The notes: a model not told the origin generated them from the letters alone. Numbered from the whole stretch's first letter, positions 22,633 to 36,893 are shown. The stretch is DNA of 63,886 nucleotides, filler included, from Octopus bimaculoides (GCF_001194135.2; 5 parts of 4 records of this genome joined end to end with filler, not necessarily neighbours in it), one strand, 5' to 3'. Numbers and translations are program-made.

Positions 22633-24419
22633 TATGAGAAATAATGATGGACGCAAGTTTAAATTACTGTTTCTACGCGCGTTTCACCACTACAGTTGCT
22701 TAGAGACTTTTTCAAAGGGCAAACTTGTGCTCAACCACAACGGATCACCAGGCAACACTTTATTGCTTTTAGTTGCAGATAACTCTATATAAAGCGTCTT
22801 TGGTCATGGGTGAATGGAAAAATAACAAAAACACAATGAAAATAATAAACGAAAGAGAAATAGGATCCACTTTTCTCTCCTCTTCTTTTTCTTTCGCTGT
22901 ATGTTTTATAATCAGCTTCATATACAGAAATACCAGATTTCCACTAATGTCAATGAATGGAAGGAGGGAACAATTGAAATAGATGAAAAAAATATATAAG
23001 ATCTACCAAAAGTAAAATAAAAAAGGAATTGCATGATTTGAATATATAACGGGTCAAGTAAACATAGATGACTTATAGGAATTATGTTAAATTAAATAAA
23101 CAGAGAATCACGAAGTCTATAGATTTGATGAGTGTGCAACATGTAATGTTGTTGAGAGTTAAAGAAGCCGAATGGTAAAGAAATAAAATTGAGTTGTTTT
23201 GCTTTCTGAATATAAATGTACGAATATAGTGTTATGCGTGACTATGTCTTCTCTCTTAGTATTGTTTAAAAAATTATTGTCAGCTGTTTTGTGCATGTTT
23301 CAATGTGTGGGTATGTATGTATGTATGTATGTATGCATGTAGACATTATGAACACAGGAGGTGTTTCTTTCTTTTTTTTATAAATCTCCTTTTACAAAAC
23401 CANNNNNNNNNNNNNNNNNNNNNNNNNNNNNNNNNNNNNNNNNNNNNNNNNNNNNNNNNNNNNNNNNNNNNNNNNNNNNNNNNNNNNNNNNNNNNNNNNN
23501 NNNNNNNNNNNNNNNNNNNNNNNNNNNNNNNNNNNNNNNNNNNNNNNNNNNNNNNNNNNNNNNNNNNNNNNNNNNNNNNNNNNNNNNNNNNNNNNNNNNN
23601 NNNNNNNNNNNNNNNNNNNNNNNNNNNNNNNNNNNNNNNNNNNNNNNNNNNNNNNNNNNNNNNNNNNNNNNNNNNNNNNNNNNNNNNNNNNNNNNNNNNN
23701 NNNNNNNNNNNNNNNNNNNNNNNNNNNNNNNNNNNNNNNNNNNNNNNNNNNNNNNNNNNNNNNNNNNNNNNNNNNNNNNNNNNNNNNNNNNNNNNNNNNN
23801 NNNNNNNNNNNNNNNNNNNNNNNNNNNNNNNNNNNNNNNNNNNNNNNNNATGTGAGTATAAGTGTTAGTGTGTTTGCATGTGTGTGTTTGTGGGCGTAGA
23901 GGTGTGATTTGTGTAGGAATATTTCTCTATAAATGTGTGTGTGTACGTATATGTGTTTTCGATATATCGGTTGTATAACGTTGTAGTTGTTAATGTGACA
24001 TCCTTCATAACGTATTCGAAGTAATTTTCATCGATTCAGACTGTGAGAAAATCTAACAAAAATACAAAGAGAGTAAAAAATAAAAAATAAATAGAAAAAC
24101 GATACCTGGCAGTCCAAGATTACAAGATTTATACCTCAGAGCAATTGCATTACGAATATAGCTTTCAGCTAGTTTTTACCAGAATAAAGAAACCTATATA
24201 CAGAGACTTCTTACTACGACCATCACTTGCGATGGCTTAGTTAGATGCACCGTGATTTCACTAGTGTTTTAGGAGCCAAAGTAGCAGCGAGTGATATAAG
24301 TACCTTCACGGTGTTCCCATTCTTAGCTCGGTGTCACGTTCGAAATGTGACATTTGGAGGGAGGAAGGACTGCTCCAGCACAGATATGGTACATTGTTTG
24401 TTGAATGCTATATCTTTTT

Positions 24420-24642
24420 TCTTTTATCTTTTACTGGTGTCTGGTATTAGACTGCGGCCATGCTGGAGCACGGTCTTAAAGAATATTAGCCGAACGAATC
24501 GAACTCAGTACTTATTTTTTTATATTTGGTACCAACTCCATTGCTCTCTTTTGCAGAGGCATTACGATACAGGAATACAAGCATAAAGACACTAACTGTC
24601 AAACGGTGGTTGAGGGCATAGACACAAAGATTTACACACACA

Positions 24643-24670
<28 letters not shown>
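24420..24670 (-). mobile_element. SINE-B tail with (CA)n
   Basis: CTTTTATCTTTTACT...GACTGCGGCCATGCTGGAGCAC...GTACTTATT followed by (CA)n. Confidence 0.7.
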
Positions 24671-24680
<10 letters not shown>

Positions 24681-25152
24681 CATACGCACACATATATTGT
24701 TAGAATACTGAATATTGCGTTATTTGCCTTGAGAGGACCTCTCATATGGACGCATGTTGCATAAAAGCACACATGTTTACATCCCTGGCAGACGATTCTC
24801 GTCTGCTACAGGCGCCAGGATTTTTCGATCGTCTGATTTTGACGTACTCCGTCTCCTCAGAGGCAGACGTCAAGTAGCCGCATAACAACCGAATCTTAAT
24901 ACCAATTTCGGGACCGATATAGATATACATATGACAGGTCCGCTCAAAGGGATATGACGCAATATTCCGCGTTCAAACAAACCATCCACTTTCAATTGAA
25001 TATAAGGATTGTCTTTTTGGTGTGTTAATATTGCTTCTGCCTCGATATACGTAAATACTTACGTATGTGTGCGTTTGTGTGTGTGTGTGTGTGTGTGTGT
25101 CTCTCTCTCTCTCTCTGTGTCTGTGCGTGTCTGTGCGTGCGTGTGTACATAC

Positions 25153-25194
<42 letters not shown>

Positions 25195-25199
25195 TAATG

Positions 25200-25365
25200 T
25201 AAGACGGGCTTCTTTCAGATTCCATCTACCAAATATGCTCAGAAGTCTTTGGTTTTCCCAAGATAATCGCAAAGGAATCTTGCCCAAGGTGCCACAGATA
25301 GTGGGACTGAACCCAGAACCATGTGGCTGAGAAGTAAACTTGTTGCCACACAGACACGCCTGCAT
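25200..25365 (-). mobile_element. SINE-B head and body
   Basis: GACGGGCTTCTTTCAG...TTGCCCAAGGTGCCACAGATAGTGGGACTGAACCCAGAACCATGTGG. Confidence 0.8.
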
Positions 25366-25499
25366 CTTATGTTTATGAAGCTGTTACCGCTTGGCTTCAG
25401 AGTTACCTGTCGATAAATTTTCCTAAAATTTGGCGTTACCGTTATTTATGACAAAAATCGTAGTATTTGTATCCCAAACAACGCTGGGTACTTCTGCTA

Positions 25500-25534
<35 letters not shown>

Positions 25535-26674
25535 GAGAGAGAGAGTGAGAGAAGGACAGAGTGAGAGAAGGAGAGAGAGTGAGAGAGAGGGATAGATAGA
25601 TAATTGTTCGATGTTCGAACAATTATCATCGATTTTCATGTAAAACGTAAGATCCTTGCGATGATGTGGTTTTCGCCATTTCCTCTCCTATTACCGACAT
25701 CGAGAAACTAGAGCACATATCTATACATTAGTAACACGATACACTCTAACAATAGGGCAACAGCTAATTAACGCTCGTTTCTAAGTGTTCACATGCGTTG
25801 TGCTTGTATTGAATCTTTACAACAACGGCTTTTCTGTATCTGCGTACGCTTTGTAGCAGACATGAGCCTTTGTATGGACAAGTGATGTGATCACTTTTCT
25901 TAGGTGATGAATAAAATAGCTTCCTTTATGTCAGGTTTCCGGAAACGTCAGCGTCATGTTTTCTTTTGCAGAAATGCTTTACGATACTTGCAAAGAAATA
26001 TGCCTTTCTGATCTTGTATTTATTTATTTTTTTCATCTTACATTATTCTATATTCTAGTTTCTTGTTTATCAGTTGTTGCCATAGCAACATTCACTTAAG
26101 TACTTCTATGTCATTCGAATGCGTAGAAGCGGAATTCCTCGTACGATGTTACGAAAGAAAGCATAACTTAGCTCAGATTTTTCTAAAAATTCATATTACA
26201 CAAGTGAACGCCTTCTTCGTGAAGAATAATATACAGGCAAGTCAAGTATAGGTTAACGTACTTAACGTGGTGAGTCTTCAAGTATATTTAATCAGTTGAA
26301 ATAACATCTATAATGAAGGAGAAATGCCATTTTAGCGTTAATGACAAATGTTGTTTAAAACTGGGACAAGGGAGACAACACTGAAAATTGTAATGAAAAA
26401 CAAAAGAAACAAGCAATATTCTATAACAGCCACAGGTAAAGAGTATTTTGCAGTATGTATGCCCCCATACATACATACAAACATATATATANNNNNNNNN
26501 NNNNNNNNNNNNNNNNNNNNNNNNNNNNNNNNNNNNNNNNNNNNNNNNNNNNNNNNNNNNNNNNNNNNNNNNNNNNNNNNNNNNNNNNNNNNNNNNNNNN
26601 NNNNNNNNNNNNNNNNNNNNNNNNNNNNNNNNNNNNNNNNNNNNNNNNNNNNNNNNNNNNNNNNNNNNNNNNCA

Positions 26675-26713
26675 AGCGACGTTGTGGGGCCAAACACAGA
26701 CACACAAACATAG

Positions 26714-26750
<37 letters not shown>

Positions 26751-26915
26751 CGACGGGCTTCTTTCAGTTTCAGTCTACCAAATCCATTCACAAGGCTTTG
26801 GTCGGCCCGAGGCTATAGTAGAAGACAATTACCCAAGGTGCCACGAAGTGGGACTGAACCCGAAGCCATGCTGTTCGTAAGTAAGCTACTTACCACACAG
26901 CCACTCCTACGCCTG
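26675..26915 (-). mobile_element. SINE-B (tail runs into gap)
   Basis: Family-B body and head with internal (CA)(TA)n tract. Confidence 0.85.
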
Positions 26916-26959
26916 TGGCTACGTACCACACTGCCACTCCTACGTTGCAAAGCGTTTAG

Positions 26960-27595
26960 TGTGGAGTAAAAACCTACAGAATTGGTCCCCAGAGCAGTGG
27001 AAGAATGTTATTTTGTCGATCGAGTCATCCTTTACCTTATTTCCGACCACCGGCCGAGTACACGTGTGGAGACAGCCAAAAGAAGCATTTGACACAGACT
27101 GCCTTCTTCCAGCTATTAAACATGGAGGAGGATCTGTGAGGATCTGGGGAGCTATATTTTGGAAATCCGCTGGCCTAATGGTTTCCCTTCCTGGCCGAAT
27201 TAATAGTTAAAACTATTTAAGCTTATTATCTGATCAAATTCATGCTATGGTTGCGGAACTGTTTCCGGAGGGAAACACAATCTTCAGAATAATAATGCAC
27301 CAATTCATACAGCTAATGTTCTTACTGAATGGCATGAGAAACATTCTAGTGAAGTTGAACATCTTATCTGGCCACCACAGTCACCAGATCTCAATATTAT
27401 TGAACATTTATGGTGCATTTTAGAAAAACAAGTAAAGAGTCGATATCCTCCACCATCATCACTACAAGAACTGGAGACTGTTTTAGCTGAAGAATGGACA
27501 AACATTCCTTTGGAAACAATTCAAACTTTGTACGAGTCCATACCTCACAGAATTGAAGCTGTAATTACTGCCAAAGGCGGTCCTATACCATCTGA
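26960..27595 (+). mobile_element. Decayed Tc1-like transposon with DD36E spacing (catalytic domain)
   Basis: WSPEQWKNVILSIES...KHGGGSVRIWGAI...QNNNAPIHTA...WPPQSPDLNIIEHLW...IPHRIEAVITAKGGPIP. The second catalytic codon (AAT, 27291-27293) is separated from the catalytic E (GAA, 27402-27404) by exactly 36 codons. Confidence 0.9.
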
Positions 27596-27702
27596 CGTTT
27601 GCTAAAACTTTTGAGAACATATTCTTTGTGGTAAGGCGATTTGCTGTCTTCTAGCATAATAAGAATCCACCTTCGTGGCTATTCCTCTTATATATATATA
27701 TT

Positions 27703-27734
<32 letters not shown>

Positions 27735-28294
27735 TGTATGTATGTATGTATGTATGTATCTATGTATGTATGTGTGTATGTGTGATTGTGTATGTATGTG
27801 TGTGTGTTAGTGTATATGTGTAAATAACCCGTATATAGCTTAAGCATGAGAATAAACCTAACCATTCATGTTCCTGATTATATCAACTTCCTCTTTCGAC
27901 CAAATCATAATTAACTCAGAATTTTTAACAGAAATTTGATTAAGATTTACTGTAATGCACGTAAGCCCTTTGCTAAATTACACCGTTAAACTGCTTTCCA
28001 ATGCAATTAATCTACCTGAAAACCTATCTGCAAGTGTAACAATCGTAATAATCGCTGATTATATACATCCTCTTTGTAGATATTAAGATTGTACTTTGCC
28101 TAATTTTACCCGAAGAGCAACTCTTAGTGAAAGCCACGTTTGGCTTTAAAACAAACTAATATGCATTTAAATCTCGTTTTCGCTAAACTCCTAATGCTAT
28201 TAACTCACCTTGTGCACTGACCTCATATATACAGGTGTTAAGATTGCTTCTTTGATATGTGCTGTCTGGTCTAGTCTTTAATATAATCCATTGT

Positions 28295-28595
28295 GAACGC
28301 GCATGAGTTATTGGTTAGGATATCCGGCTCACGATTGCATAGATAATGAGTTCGATTATCGGCGGCAGATTGTGTCCTCTCACTCCACTTACCCGCCAAA
28401 AATGAGTAGTGCCTGTATTTCAAAGAGCCAGCCTTGTCACATTCTGTGTATCGCTCTGAATCTCTGATAACTGCATGGTGGGGACGCGTGCTTGTGGAGG
28501 GAACAGCCACTTGCATATTAATTTCACGAGCAGGCTGTTCCGTTGATTGAATGAACTGGAACCTCCGTTACCGTAACCGACGCAGTGCTAGTTTT
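28295..28595 (+). mobile_element. SINE-C-like, diverged
   Basis: GTGCCTGTATTTCAAAGAGCCAGCCTTGTCACA...TTAATTTCACGAGCAGGCTGTTCCGTTGA shared with 44595-44973. Confidence 0.75.
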
Positions 28596-29244
28596 CTTAA
28601 TATAATCCACTATATTCACTGAACATCTATTGGAAACCTAGTCAATATATTGTATTAACGGAACTTAACTTTAAGCCCTGTCTTCTCAAGAACCGATATC
28701 CAGAATCGATTTTGCGAAAGCACCAACAAAGTGTGTTTATTTCTTAAAGGAATTAAGCTATCACATTTTCAGAATTAGTTGCTTTAAATATTTCCAGGTA
28801 TGGGAGATTTTTTAGAAACTGATTTCTCACTTGAAAATATTACTCAATTTGACTTGGATTTCTTAGTTTTGAAGTAAATAGTACGATGACTATTTAGAAG
28901 TAGATGGAAATCGTATCGTGCCGTCATCTTGGTTACATTTCTTACATCCACTTTCTAGAAGTTCTTCTTCAAATTATGTTAAATGTGTAAGCTATTTGCT
29001 CCAGTTCACACACTTTTAATAATAACCGTACGTTTTGCTCAAATATACGTTAAAAATATGCATGTATTCATAGATAAATTCATTTTTCCATAAGCTTTTT
29101 TGTGAACTCTTTCTTTCTCCCTATCACACTATATATGAACGTACGCGTCTGTGTAAATGTGTATGTGTGTGTGTGTATGCGAGCGAGCGTGCTTGTGCGC
29201 ATGTGTGTTTATACGAGCGTGCGTATATGCACGTTTCTGTGTGT

Positions 29245-29295
<51 letters not shown>

Positions 29296-30736
29296 CGTGC
29301 GAGCGAGTTTAGGTGCCTACGCGTGTGTAAGCTCTTTTGTTGTAGATGACACATAAGAATTCCGCCAAGTTGTGTTTATTTTGATCTTGGGCTGAGGACT
29401 GTATGTAAGAGATATTTTATGGCACTGACTGGCGATCTTGAGCAGGTTTCTACATTCTGCTATGGGTACGGATCCCTACCTTGATGGATGCAACAAATCT
29501 ACAACCACCACAATCGCAATCATTTGAAGTAGGTCTTTTTTGCTGCTTCTACTTAAGATTCACACGAAATTGATCCCGATGTCTGCTTGTCTGACACCAT
29601 TTGAAACTAATGCGACACATTGTCATATATATATGACACAACTAGACTCAACACTGCCTAAGCATGTTATTATATTTCATCTTTCATAATCATTTTATGA
29701 ATATCCGAATGAGCTAGGTGATACAGACTCCATACAGTCTACTTTGACAGCATAATATTTTTATGATACTACCTTTCTGATGTATTCTTTTTTTCAGAAT
29801 GGTAATATGAAATTAAATTAATTTAATTATAATCATAATTAATCTTATTTTCCCCATGTTTCTTACATGTTGGTGTCACCATTTGAAACGATCGTATGCA
29901 TGGATTAAACATTTTATAAAACTTTTTACATCTTCTATTCTCCATCTTTAAGTATTTGTTGACCTTATATAGGACACGGGTTCTATAAATGCTCATAACA
30001 CATCTTATACTTGTAAATTTTCATATTTAAAAAAAATACTCGTAATAGTAAGCTACAAATTTAATATGAAGAATCCTTATTAGAAATCTAACTTTGGACC
30101 CCCATCAAAGTAAAAAAAAATGAAGTTGAACTCAATTGTTTTCCATATATANNNNNNNNNNNNNNNNNNNNNNNNNNNNNNNNNNNNNNNNNNNNNNNNN
30201 NNNNNNNNNNNNNNNNNNNNNNNNNNNNNNNNNNNNNNNNNNNNNNNNNNNNNNNTATATATATCAATAAATAAAAAAATACACATATTTATTTATATTT
30301 CAACACCACGCAGCCTTGTCTACAGTGAGTTCTTAAGTTCTTACGTACACACACATTCACGTACGCACACGTACAAACTCATACACACACACATACATAC
30401 GCATACTCATATATGTATTTAATTTCCTTCTTTGCAGCTCCCCCACCGGAATGAATAGTTTCTCCTTTTGATTGATGAGTTTCACTACTATCTTATGCTG
30501 CTAATCAAAACTTAGTTTCACCATCATTTATCATATACAGTTTTATATTTTCCCACGTTCTATTGAACGTCCCTTTTAGAAGATCAGAAGGAAACACCTA
30601 ATAAAGAAGAATTTGTGAATTTTTATCTTAGATTAAATATATTAAATAACTCTGCCTGCATTATTTTAGTAATTTTATTTAGTCCTTCTGGTTCACGTTC
30701 GTGCTTCAAAATACAATATATTTTCTCATCAGTAAA

Positions 30737-31050
30737 GGCGTGTGGTTTAATGCTTAGGGTATCCGGCTCACGCGCATGAGGTCCTCAGTTCAATTCCAAG
30801 CGACGTGTTGTGTCCTTGAGCAAGACATTTACGCTTCCCCAGCCCACACACTTAACAAAAATGAATTGTACCTGTAACTCAAAGGCCCATCTTTTCACAT
30901 TCTGTTTCATGCTGAATCATCCTGAGAACTATGTTAAAGGTACACGTGTCTGTGGAGTGCTCAGCCTCTTGCACGTTAATTTCACGACTAGAGAATTCCG
31001 TTAATCGGATCAACTGGAACATTCATCAATGTAACTGACAGAGTGGTAGT
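30737..31050 (+). mobile_element. SINE-C-like with CORE-like TGTGTCCTTGAGCAAGACA
   Basis: tRNA-like head, CORE-like motif, and family-C 3' half (CACGTGTCTGTGGAGTGCTCAGCC...CGGATCAACTGGAAC). Confidence 0.8.
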
Positions 31051-31733
31051 TTAATTTTAGTCTCTCGTCTGAGAGTAGAGCACCCTACTCAGCTGAATAG
31101 GGATGGAACCATAGTACGAGTTCATTTTATTTAACCAAGAACATTTTGTAAATATATTACTATTAATAATTTAAATTCATAATCTCTAAACTGAAAATTC
31201 TTATCGCGAAAAGAGAAGATCCCATAAGAAAAAAACGATGTGAAAAGATTATGGTAAATTAGGTGAAGTAATGTTCGTAAATTATACAGATAATGAATTT
31301 AGAACGTAACAAATTCCGCATCAAGTTAAAGCTTAGAATCATTAGAAGCAAATCTCCGAAATCTAGTAAACCGAATGATATTCCGGAAACGCTACAAAAT
31401 CTTGAAAATCTCTTGGAAAATCTCTTCTGATAAAAGAAAAAAGTTTGCAGCATAAAAATACATTTCACATGCTATTATTCAATAATATCATACATAGTAA
31501 TAAAAACATTTCGCACCAATACAAATAATTTCCTAAACCTAGAAGCCAAATAAATAAATTCATAACATAAAACCTATGACAAAGTAAAAACCAGCCTTCC
31601 GTCATACCATATGTTGCACTTGAGAATCACTTGGCTAATTTAATTTAAAAACCCATGAGTAAGTCAATTAGGCCCTGAAAACTTGAATGAGGAAGAGATA
31701 GCAACGACATTCTTGATGATAGTATACTTACAT

Positions 31734-32171
31734 TGTTTCAAGTTTTGGCACAAGACCAGTAATTTCGGGGGGCGTGGTAAGTCGATTACATCGACCTCAA
31801 TAGGCACTTATTCTATCAACCCTGGAAGGATGAAAGGCAAAGTTGACCTCGGTGGAATTTGAACTCAGAACTGGTAGACAAACGAAATGCCGCTAAACAT
31901 TTTACCCGCCGTGCTAACAACTCTTCCAGCTCTTCGCCTTAAAAAACCCATTATATATTGGTTTCAAATTTTGACACCAGGCCAGCAATTTCGAGGGAAG
32001 AAGTGAACCGATTACAACGACCACAGCTCAACAGGTACTAATATTTTCGACCTCGAAAGGATGAAAGGCAAAGTCGACCTCGGCAGAATTTGAACAAAGA
32101 ACGTGCAGACAGAGGAAATGCCGCTAAATATTTTGCCCAGCGTGCCAACAATTCCGCCACCTTGCCGCCTT
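31734..32171 (-). mobile_element. Two SINE-A copies in head-to-tail tandem (31734-31940 and 31955-32171), tail type 3
   Basis: Each copy has GAAAGGATGAAAGGCAAAGTYGACCTCGG…GAATTTGAAC and ends in …CGCCTT. Confidence 0.85.
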
Positions 32172-32569
32172 ATCTAGTATACTTAAACAAAAGTTGCCAA
32201 ATCCATCTTATTCGACAATTCACGATATTGTAGAATAAATCAGAATGATATAATGGATTGTAAATATTCTATGTCTAGACCACGTCTTCTCAAAGCTTAA
32301 ACCTTCACAAATGCCAATGCATCAATCATCGAATATAATTATGCTTCCAAAGAAATCCCTTCGTTTTTGATTAGTTTACAGAATTAAAGTGGACATAAAA
32401 ATATATACTAAACATATAAAACAATGTGGTGAAATAATCTTTTAGATCAGCCGAAATATGTTTGGGATATATTTGATTTTTGAAAAGATTTTGTTGGTAT
32501 TTAGTTTATTACTGTACTTTTACATCTAGAATGAATTATATTTTTTCAAGTTATAACTGCTTTAGACAT

Positions 32570-32745
32570 TTGAGTGCGGAAATGTTGGGGAATTGCCTCG
32601 AAGGGGTTTAGCCGAAAAAAACCATCCCACTACTTATTTTTAAACCTGATACATAATTTGTTGGTCTCTTCTTGCAGAAATGTTTAAATGCCCGGAGGTA
32701 AGCAAACCAAGACCTGGTGTCAAAACAAACATAAAAATACCACAG

Positions 32746-32781
<36 letters not shown>

Positions 32782-32987
32782 NNNNNNNNNNNNNNNNNNN
32801 NNNNNNNNNNNNNNNNNNNNNNNNNNNNNNNNNNNNNNNNNNNNNNNNNNNNNNNNNNNNNNNNNNNNNNNNNNNNNNNNNNNNNNNNNNNNNNNNNNNN
32901 NNNNNNNNNNNNNNNNNNNNNNNNNNNNNNNNNNNNNNNNNNNNNNNNNNNNNNNNNNNNNNNNNNNNNNNNNNNNNNNNNNNNNNN

Positions 32988-33026
<39 letters not shown>

Positions 33027-33190
33027 TTATGTATATATATATTTGTGTGTGTGTGTATACGACTGGCTTCCTTTCAGTTTCCGCCTACCAGATTCACTCA
33101 CAGGGCATCGATTTACTCGGGACTGTTGCAGAAGACACTTGGCCAAGTTGATGCGCAAGGGAACTGAAGACGAAAACTTTATTCCAGTAC
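32570..33190 (-). mobile_element. SINE-B spanning an N-gap at its internal (TA)n
   Basis: Tail-like sequence to the left of the gap; TATACGACTGGCTTCCTTTCAGTTTCCGCCTACC body to the right. Confidence 0.6.
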
Positions 33191-33366
33191 TTGAATGCCA
33201 TTTTTATATCTAATGAACACCATAGTGATGAAAGACGAATCTGACCTATGTGGAATTTAATTGCATCACCGAAAACCTCAGAAACAAAACAAGAAGAAAG
33301 AAAACAGGATGACGTAGAAGCAACGAAATTTGTATTTAGATCCTAGTGACCCAATAATGATTAATG

Positions 33367-33615
33367 GGTGCGTGTGCCTTAGCGGTTAGGGTGTTGGACT
33401 CAGGATCGTAAGATTGTGGTTTCGATTCCTGGACCGGGCGACGCATTGTGTTCTTGAGCAAAACACTTAATTTCACGTTGCTCCTGTCCACCCAGCTGGC
33501 AGAAGTGAGTAATCCTGCGATCGACCAGCGTTCCATCCAGGTGGGGAATTTATGCACTATGGAAACCGAGGAAACTGGCGCTTAAGAGTCGGTAGGACTC
33601 CAGCAGGTAACCTTA
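33367..33615 (+). mobile_element. SINE-E (tRNA head plus CORE-like segment)
   Basis: GGTGCGTGTGCCTTAGCGGTTAGGG A box, GGTTTCGATTCC B box, TGTGTTCTTGAGCAAAACACTT CORE-like motif, CCTGCGATCGACCAGCGTTCCATCCAGG. Inverse-similar to 55085-55340. Confidence 0.8.
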
Positions 33616-34110
33616 CCTTTACAAATTAATGCTCTCCTTTAAACCCAACGCTGAACAAGGAAACCAATGATTAAGACAGTTCCTTTTGAAAGATCATTTC
33701 ATTTCTGATAAACAGTGCTTCACGGCCAGACAGTTATGTCAGATTTTCTTCATGAGATAGCAGGGCACTGTGACTTGAAATGGCCTGTAATATCTATACT
33801 TATGAGGTTGAAATATTAGGCAGGTGCTACACGTGTGAGAGGGAGAAAGAGATAGAGAGAGAGTGGGGGAGACAAAACGTCAGTGTTACAATTTAGAGAA
33901 TCATTATGAATATTTTCATAACCACTTGAATGAAAATATGAAGTTGTATGCAACTCGATTTGAACTCTTAACATATAGAGATGCAGCAAACCGCTTCAAA
34001 GGAATATAGTCAGGCACTCTCTACAGTATCTGTCACACTCTTCACTTTAGAACTACTCAGAATAATAAATATAATGAGAACCATCGAAATAATTCACTGT
34101 GCAGCAGGCA

Positions 34111-34173
<63 letters not shown>

Positions 34174-34204
34174 TAAGGTACATGGAATATGCAGAAATGA
34201 CACC

Positions 34205-34235
<31 letters not shown>

Positions 34236-35637
34236 NNNNNNNNNNNNNNNNNNNNNNNNNNNNNNNNNNNNNNNNNNNNNNNNNNNNNNNNNNNNNNNNN
34301 NNNNNNNNNNNNNNNNNNNNNNNNNNNNNNNNNNNNNNNNNNNNNNNNNNNNNNNNNNNNNNNNNNNNNNNNNNNNNNNNNNNNNNNNNNNNNNNNNNNN
34401 NNNNNNNNNNNNNNNNNNNNNNNNNNNNNNNNNNNNNNNNNNNNNNNNNNNNNNNNNNNNNNNNNNNNNNNNNNNNNNNNNNNNNNNNNNNNNNNNNNNN
34501 NNNNNNNNNNNNNNNNNNNNNNNNNNNNNNNNNNNNNNNNNNNNNNNNNNNNNNNNNNNNNNNNNNNNNNNNNNNNNNNNNNNNNNNNNNNNNNNNNNNN
34601 NNNNNNNNNNNNNNNNNNNNNNNNNNNNNNNNNNNNNNNNNNNNNNNNNNNNNNNNNNNNNNNNNNNNNNNNNNNNNNNNNNNNNNNNNNNNNNNNNNNN
34701 NNNNNNNNNNNNNNNNNNNNNNNNNNNNNNNNNNNNNNNNNNNNNNNNNNNNNNNNNNNNNNNNNNNNNNNNNNNNNNNNNNNNNNNNNNNNNNNNNNNN
34801 NNNNNNNNNNNNNNNNNNNNNNNNNNNNNNNNNNNNNNNNNNNNNNNNNNNNNNNNNNNNNNNNNNNNNNNNNNNNNNNNNNNNNNNNNNNNNNNNNNNN
34901 NNNNNNNNNNNNNNNNNNNNNNNNNNNNNNNNNNNNNNNNNNNNNNNNNNNNNNNNNNNNNATATATATATATATATATACATATAGATAGATCGATATA
35001 GATATATAAGTATTTACGGTATTATTTATAGCTTTATCAACTTCGAGTTCCTTCACCACAAATGAATTATCTATCTTTGCCTGCGTATGTGTGTGCAAGC
35101 GTGAGTATAATTACAAGAATTCTACTGGTGGTCACAAAAATGACCATTGTCACATAAAAGAATGTACTGAATACGTGGTGAGGTGTAGACAGATAGACTG
35201 AGAAAATATTATCATTCGACATTTACGGGTTGATCTGTAAGCTGTTCTTCAGCATATCGAGTTAGAATCGAAGTAAAGGTGTTTTGTGAATGATGTCGGT
35301 TAATATGGTAATCAAATCTAAGGAGAAAGGTAGACAAATACCTTGCAGGCCATATGCACCAAGTGGGAGATTTCGGTGATGGAATTACAACCGTGCATAA
35401 TGGCGCAAGAGTAAAACTATAAATTAGATCGATGAAGAAATACAAAGTGTTTCGTGTATGAAATACCGGAGCAACGCATAGACAAATGAATTAACATATA
35501 TATATATAGATATGCACACGTACGTGCATACATACATAGATATACGTTCGTACAGACATACATCCAAACATTCGTACATACACGAATAAACCTCTGCGTG
35601 TGTGTGTGTGTGCGAGCGTGCGCGCGCGCGTTTCTGT

Positions 35638-35810
35638 GAAGGTGTGTGGTCTACTGGTTTGGGTGTTGCACCGACGGTCGGGAGATCACGGTTTCCATTC
35701 CTGTATCGGGCAGTGTGTCGTGTTCTTTAGGAAAACAGTTCATTTCACATTTCTCTGAGATCACTTCCCCACCTGGAGAACAACAGATTGTTCACCTGTA
35801 CAGGTAATGG
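35638..35810 (+). mobile_element. SINE-E, old copy
   Basis: GGTGTGTGGTCTACTGGTTTGGGTGTTG...GGTTTCCATTCC...GTGTTCTTTAGGAAAACA. Confidence 0.6.
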
Positions 35811-35934
35811 CGATCTGATGACGGAAGCGAGAAAATGTACAGCACAAACATTTAATTAATATAAGCAAATCATTTTTGCAGGTTGTTCAGGAGGACGTTG
35901 CAAAATCCTCACTTGTCTTTTAGGACAGGAGAGT

Positions 35935-35976
<42 letters not shown>

Positions 35977-36893
35977 NNNNNNNNNNNNNNNNNNNNNNNN
36001 NNNNNNNNNNNNNNNNNNNNNNNNNNNNNNNNNNNNNNNNNNNNNNNNNNNNNNNNNNNNNNNNNNNNNNNNNNNNNNNNNNNNNNNNNNNNNNNNNNNN
36101 NNNNNNNNNNNNNNNNNNNNNNNNNNNNNNNNNNNNNNNNNNNNNNNNNNNNNNNNNNNNNNNNNNNNNNNNNNNNNNNNNNNNNNNNNNNNNNNNNNNN
36201 NNNNNNNNNNNNNNNNNNNNNNNNNNNNNNNNNNNNNNNNNNNNNNNNNNNNNNNNNNNNNNNNNNNNNNNNNNNNNNNNNNNNNNNNNNNNNNNNNNNN
36301 NNNNNNNNNNNNNNNNNNNNNNNNNNNNNNNNNNNNNNNNNNNNNNNNNNNNNNNNNNNNNNNNNNNNNNNNNNNNNNNNNNNNNNNNNNNNNNNNNNNN
36401 NNNNNNNNNNNNNNNNNNNNNNNNNNNNNNNNNNNNNNNNNNNNNNNNNNNNNNNNNNNNNNNNNNNNNNNNNNNNNNNNNNNNNNNNNNNNNNNNNNNN
36501 NNNNNNNNNNNNNNNNNNNNNNNNNNNNNNNNNNNNNNNNNNNNNNNNNNNNNNNNNNNNNNNNNNNNNNNNNNNNNNNNNNNNNNNNNNNNNNNNNNNN
36601 NNNNNNNNNNNNNNNNNNNNNNNNNNNNNNNNNNNNNNNNNNNNNNNNNNNNNNNNNNNNNNNNNNNNNNNNNNNNNNNNNNNNNNNNNNNNNNNNNNNN
36701 NNNNNNNNNNNNNNNNNNNNNNNNNNNNNNNNNNNNNNNNNNNNNNNNNNNNNNNNNNNNNNNNNNNNNNNNNNNNNNNNNNNNNNNNNNNNNNNNNNNN
36801 NNNNNNNNNNNNNNNNNNNNNNNNNNNNNNNNNNNNNNNNNNNNNNNNNNNNNNNNNNNNNNNNNNNNNNNTATATATATATATATATCGTCA

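Noticed and set aside
24770-24880. GC-richer island translating MFTSLADDSRLLQ (ADD-like RT motif)
   Set aside because: Too short, and no other RT motifs are in register.
30438-30454. TTCCTTCTTTGCAG acceptor followed by PPPE*
   Set aside because: Too short to distinguish from chance.
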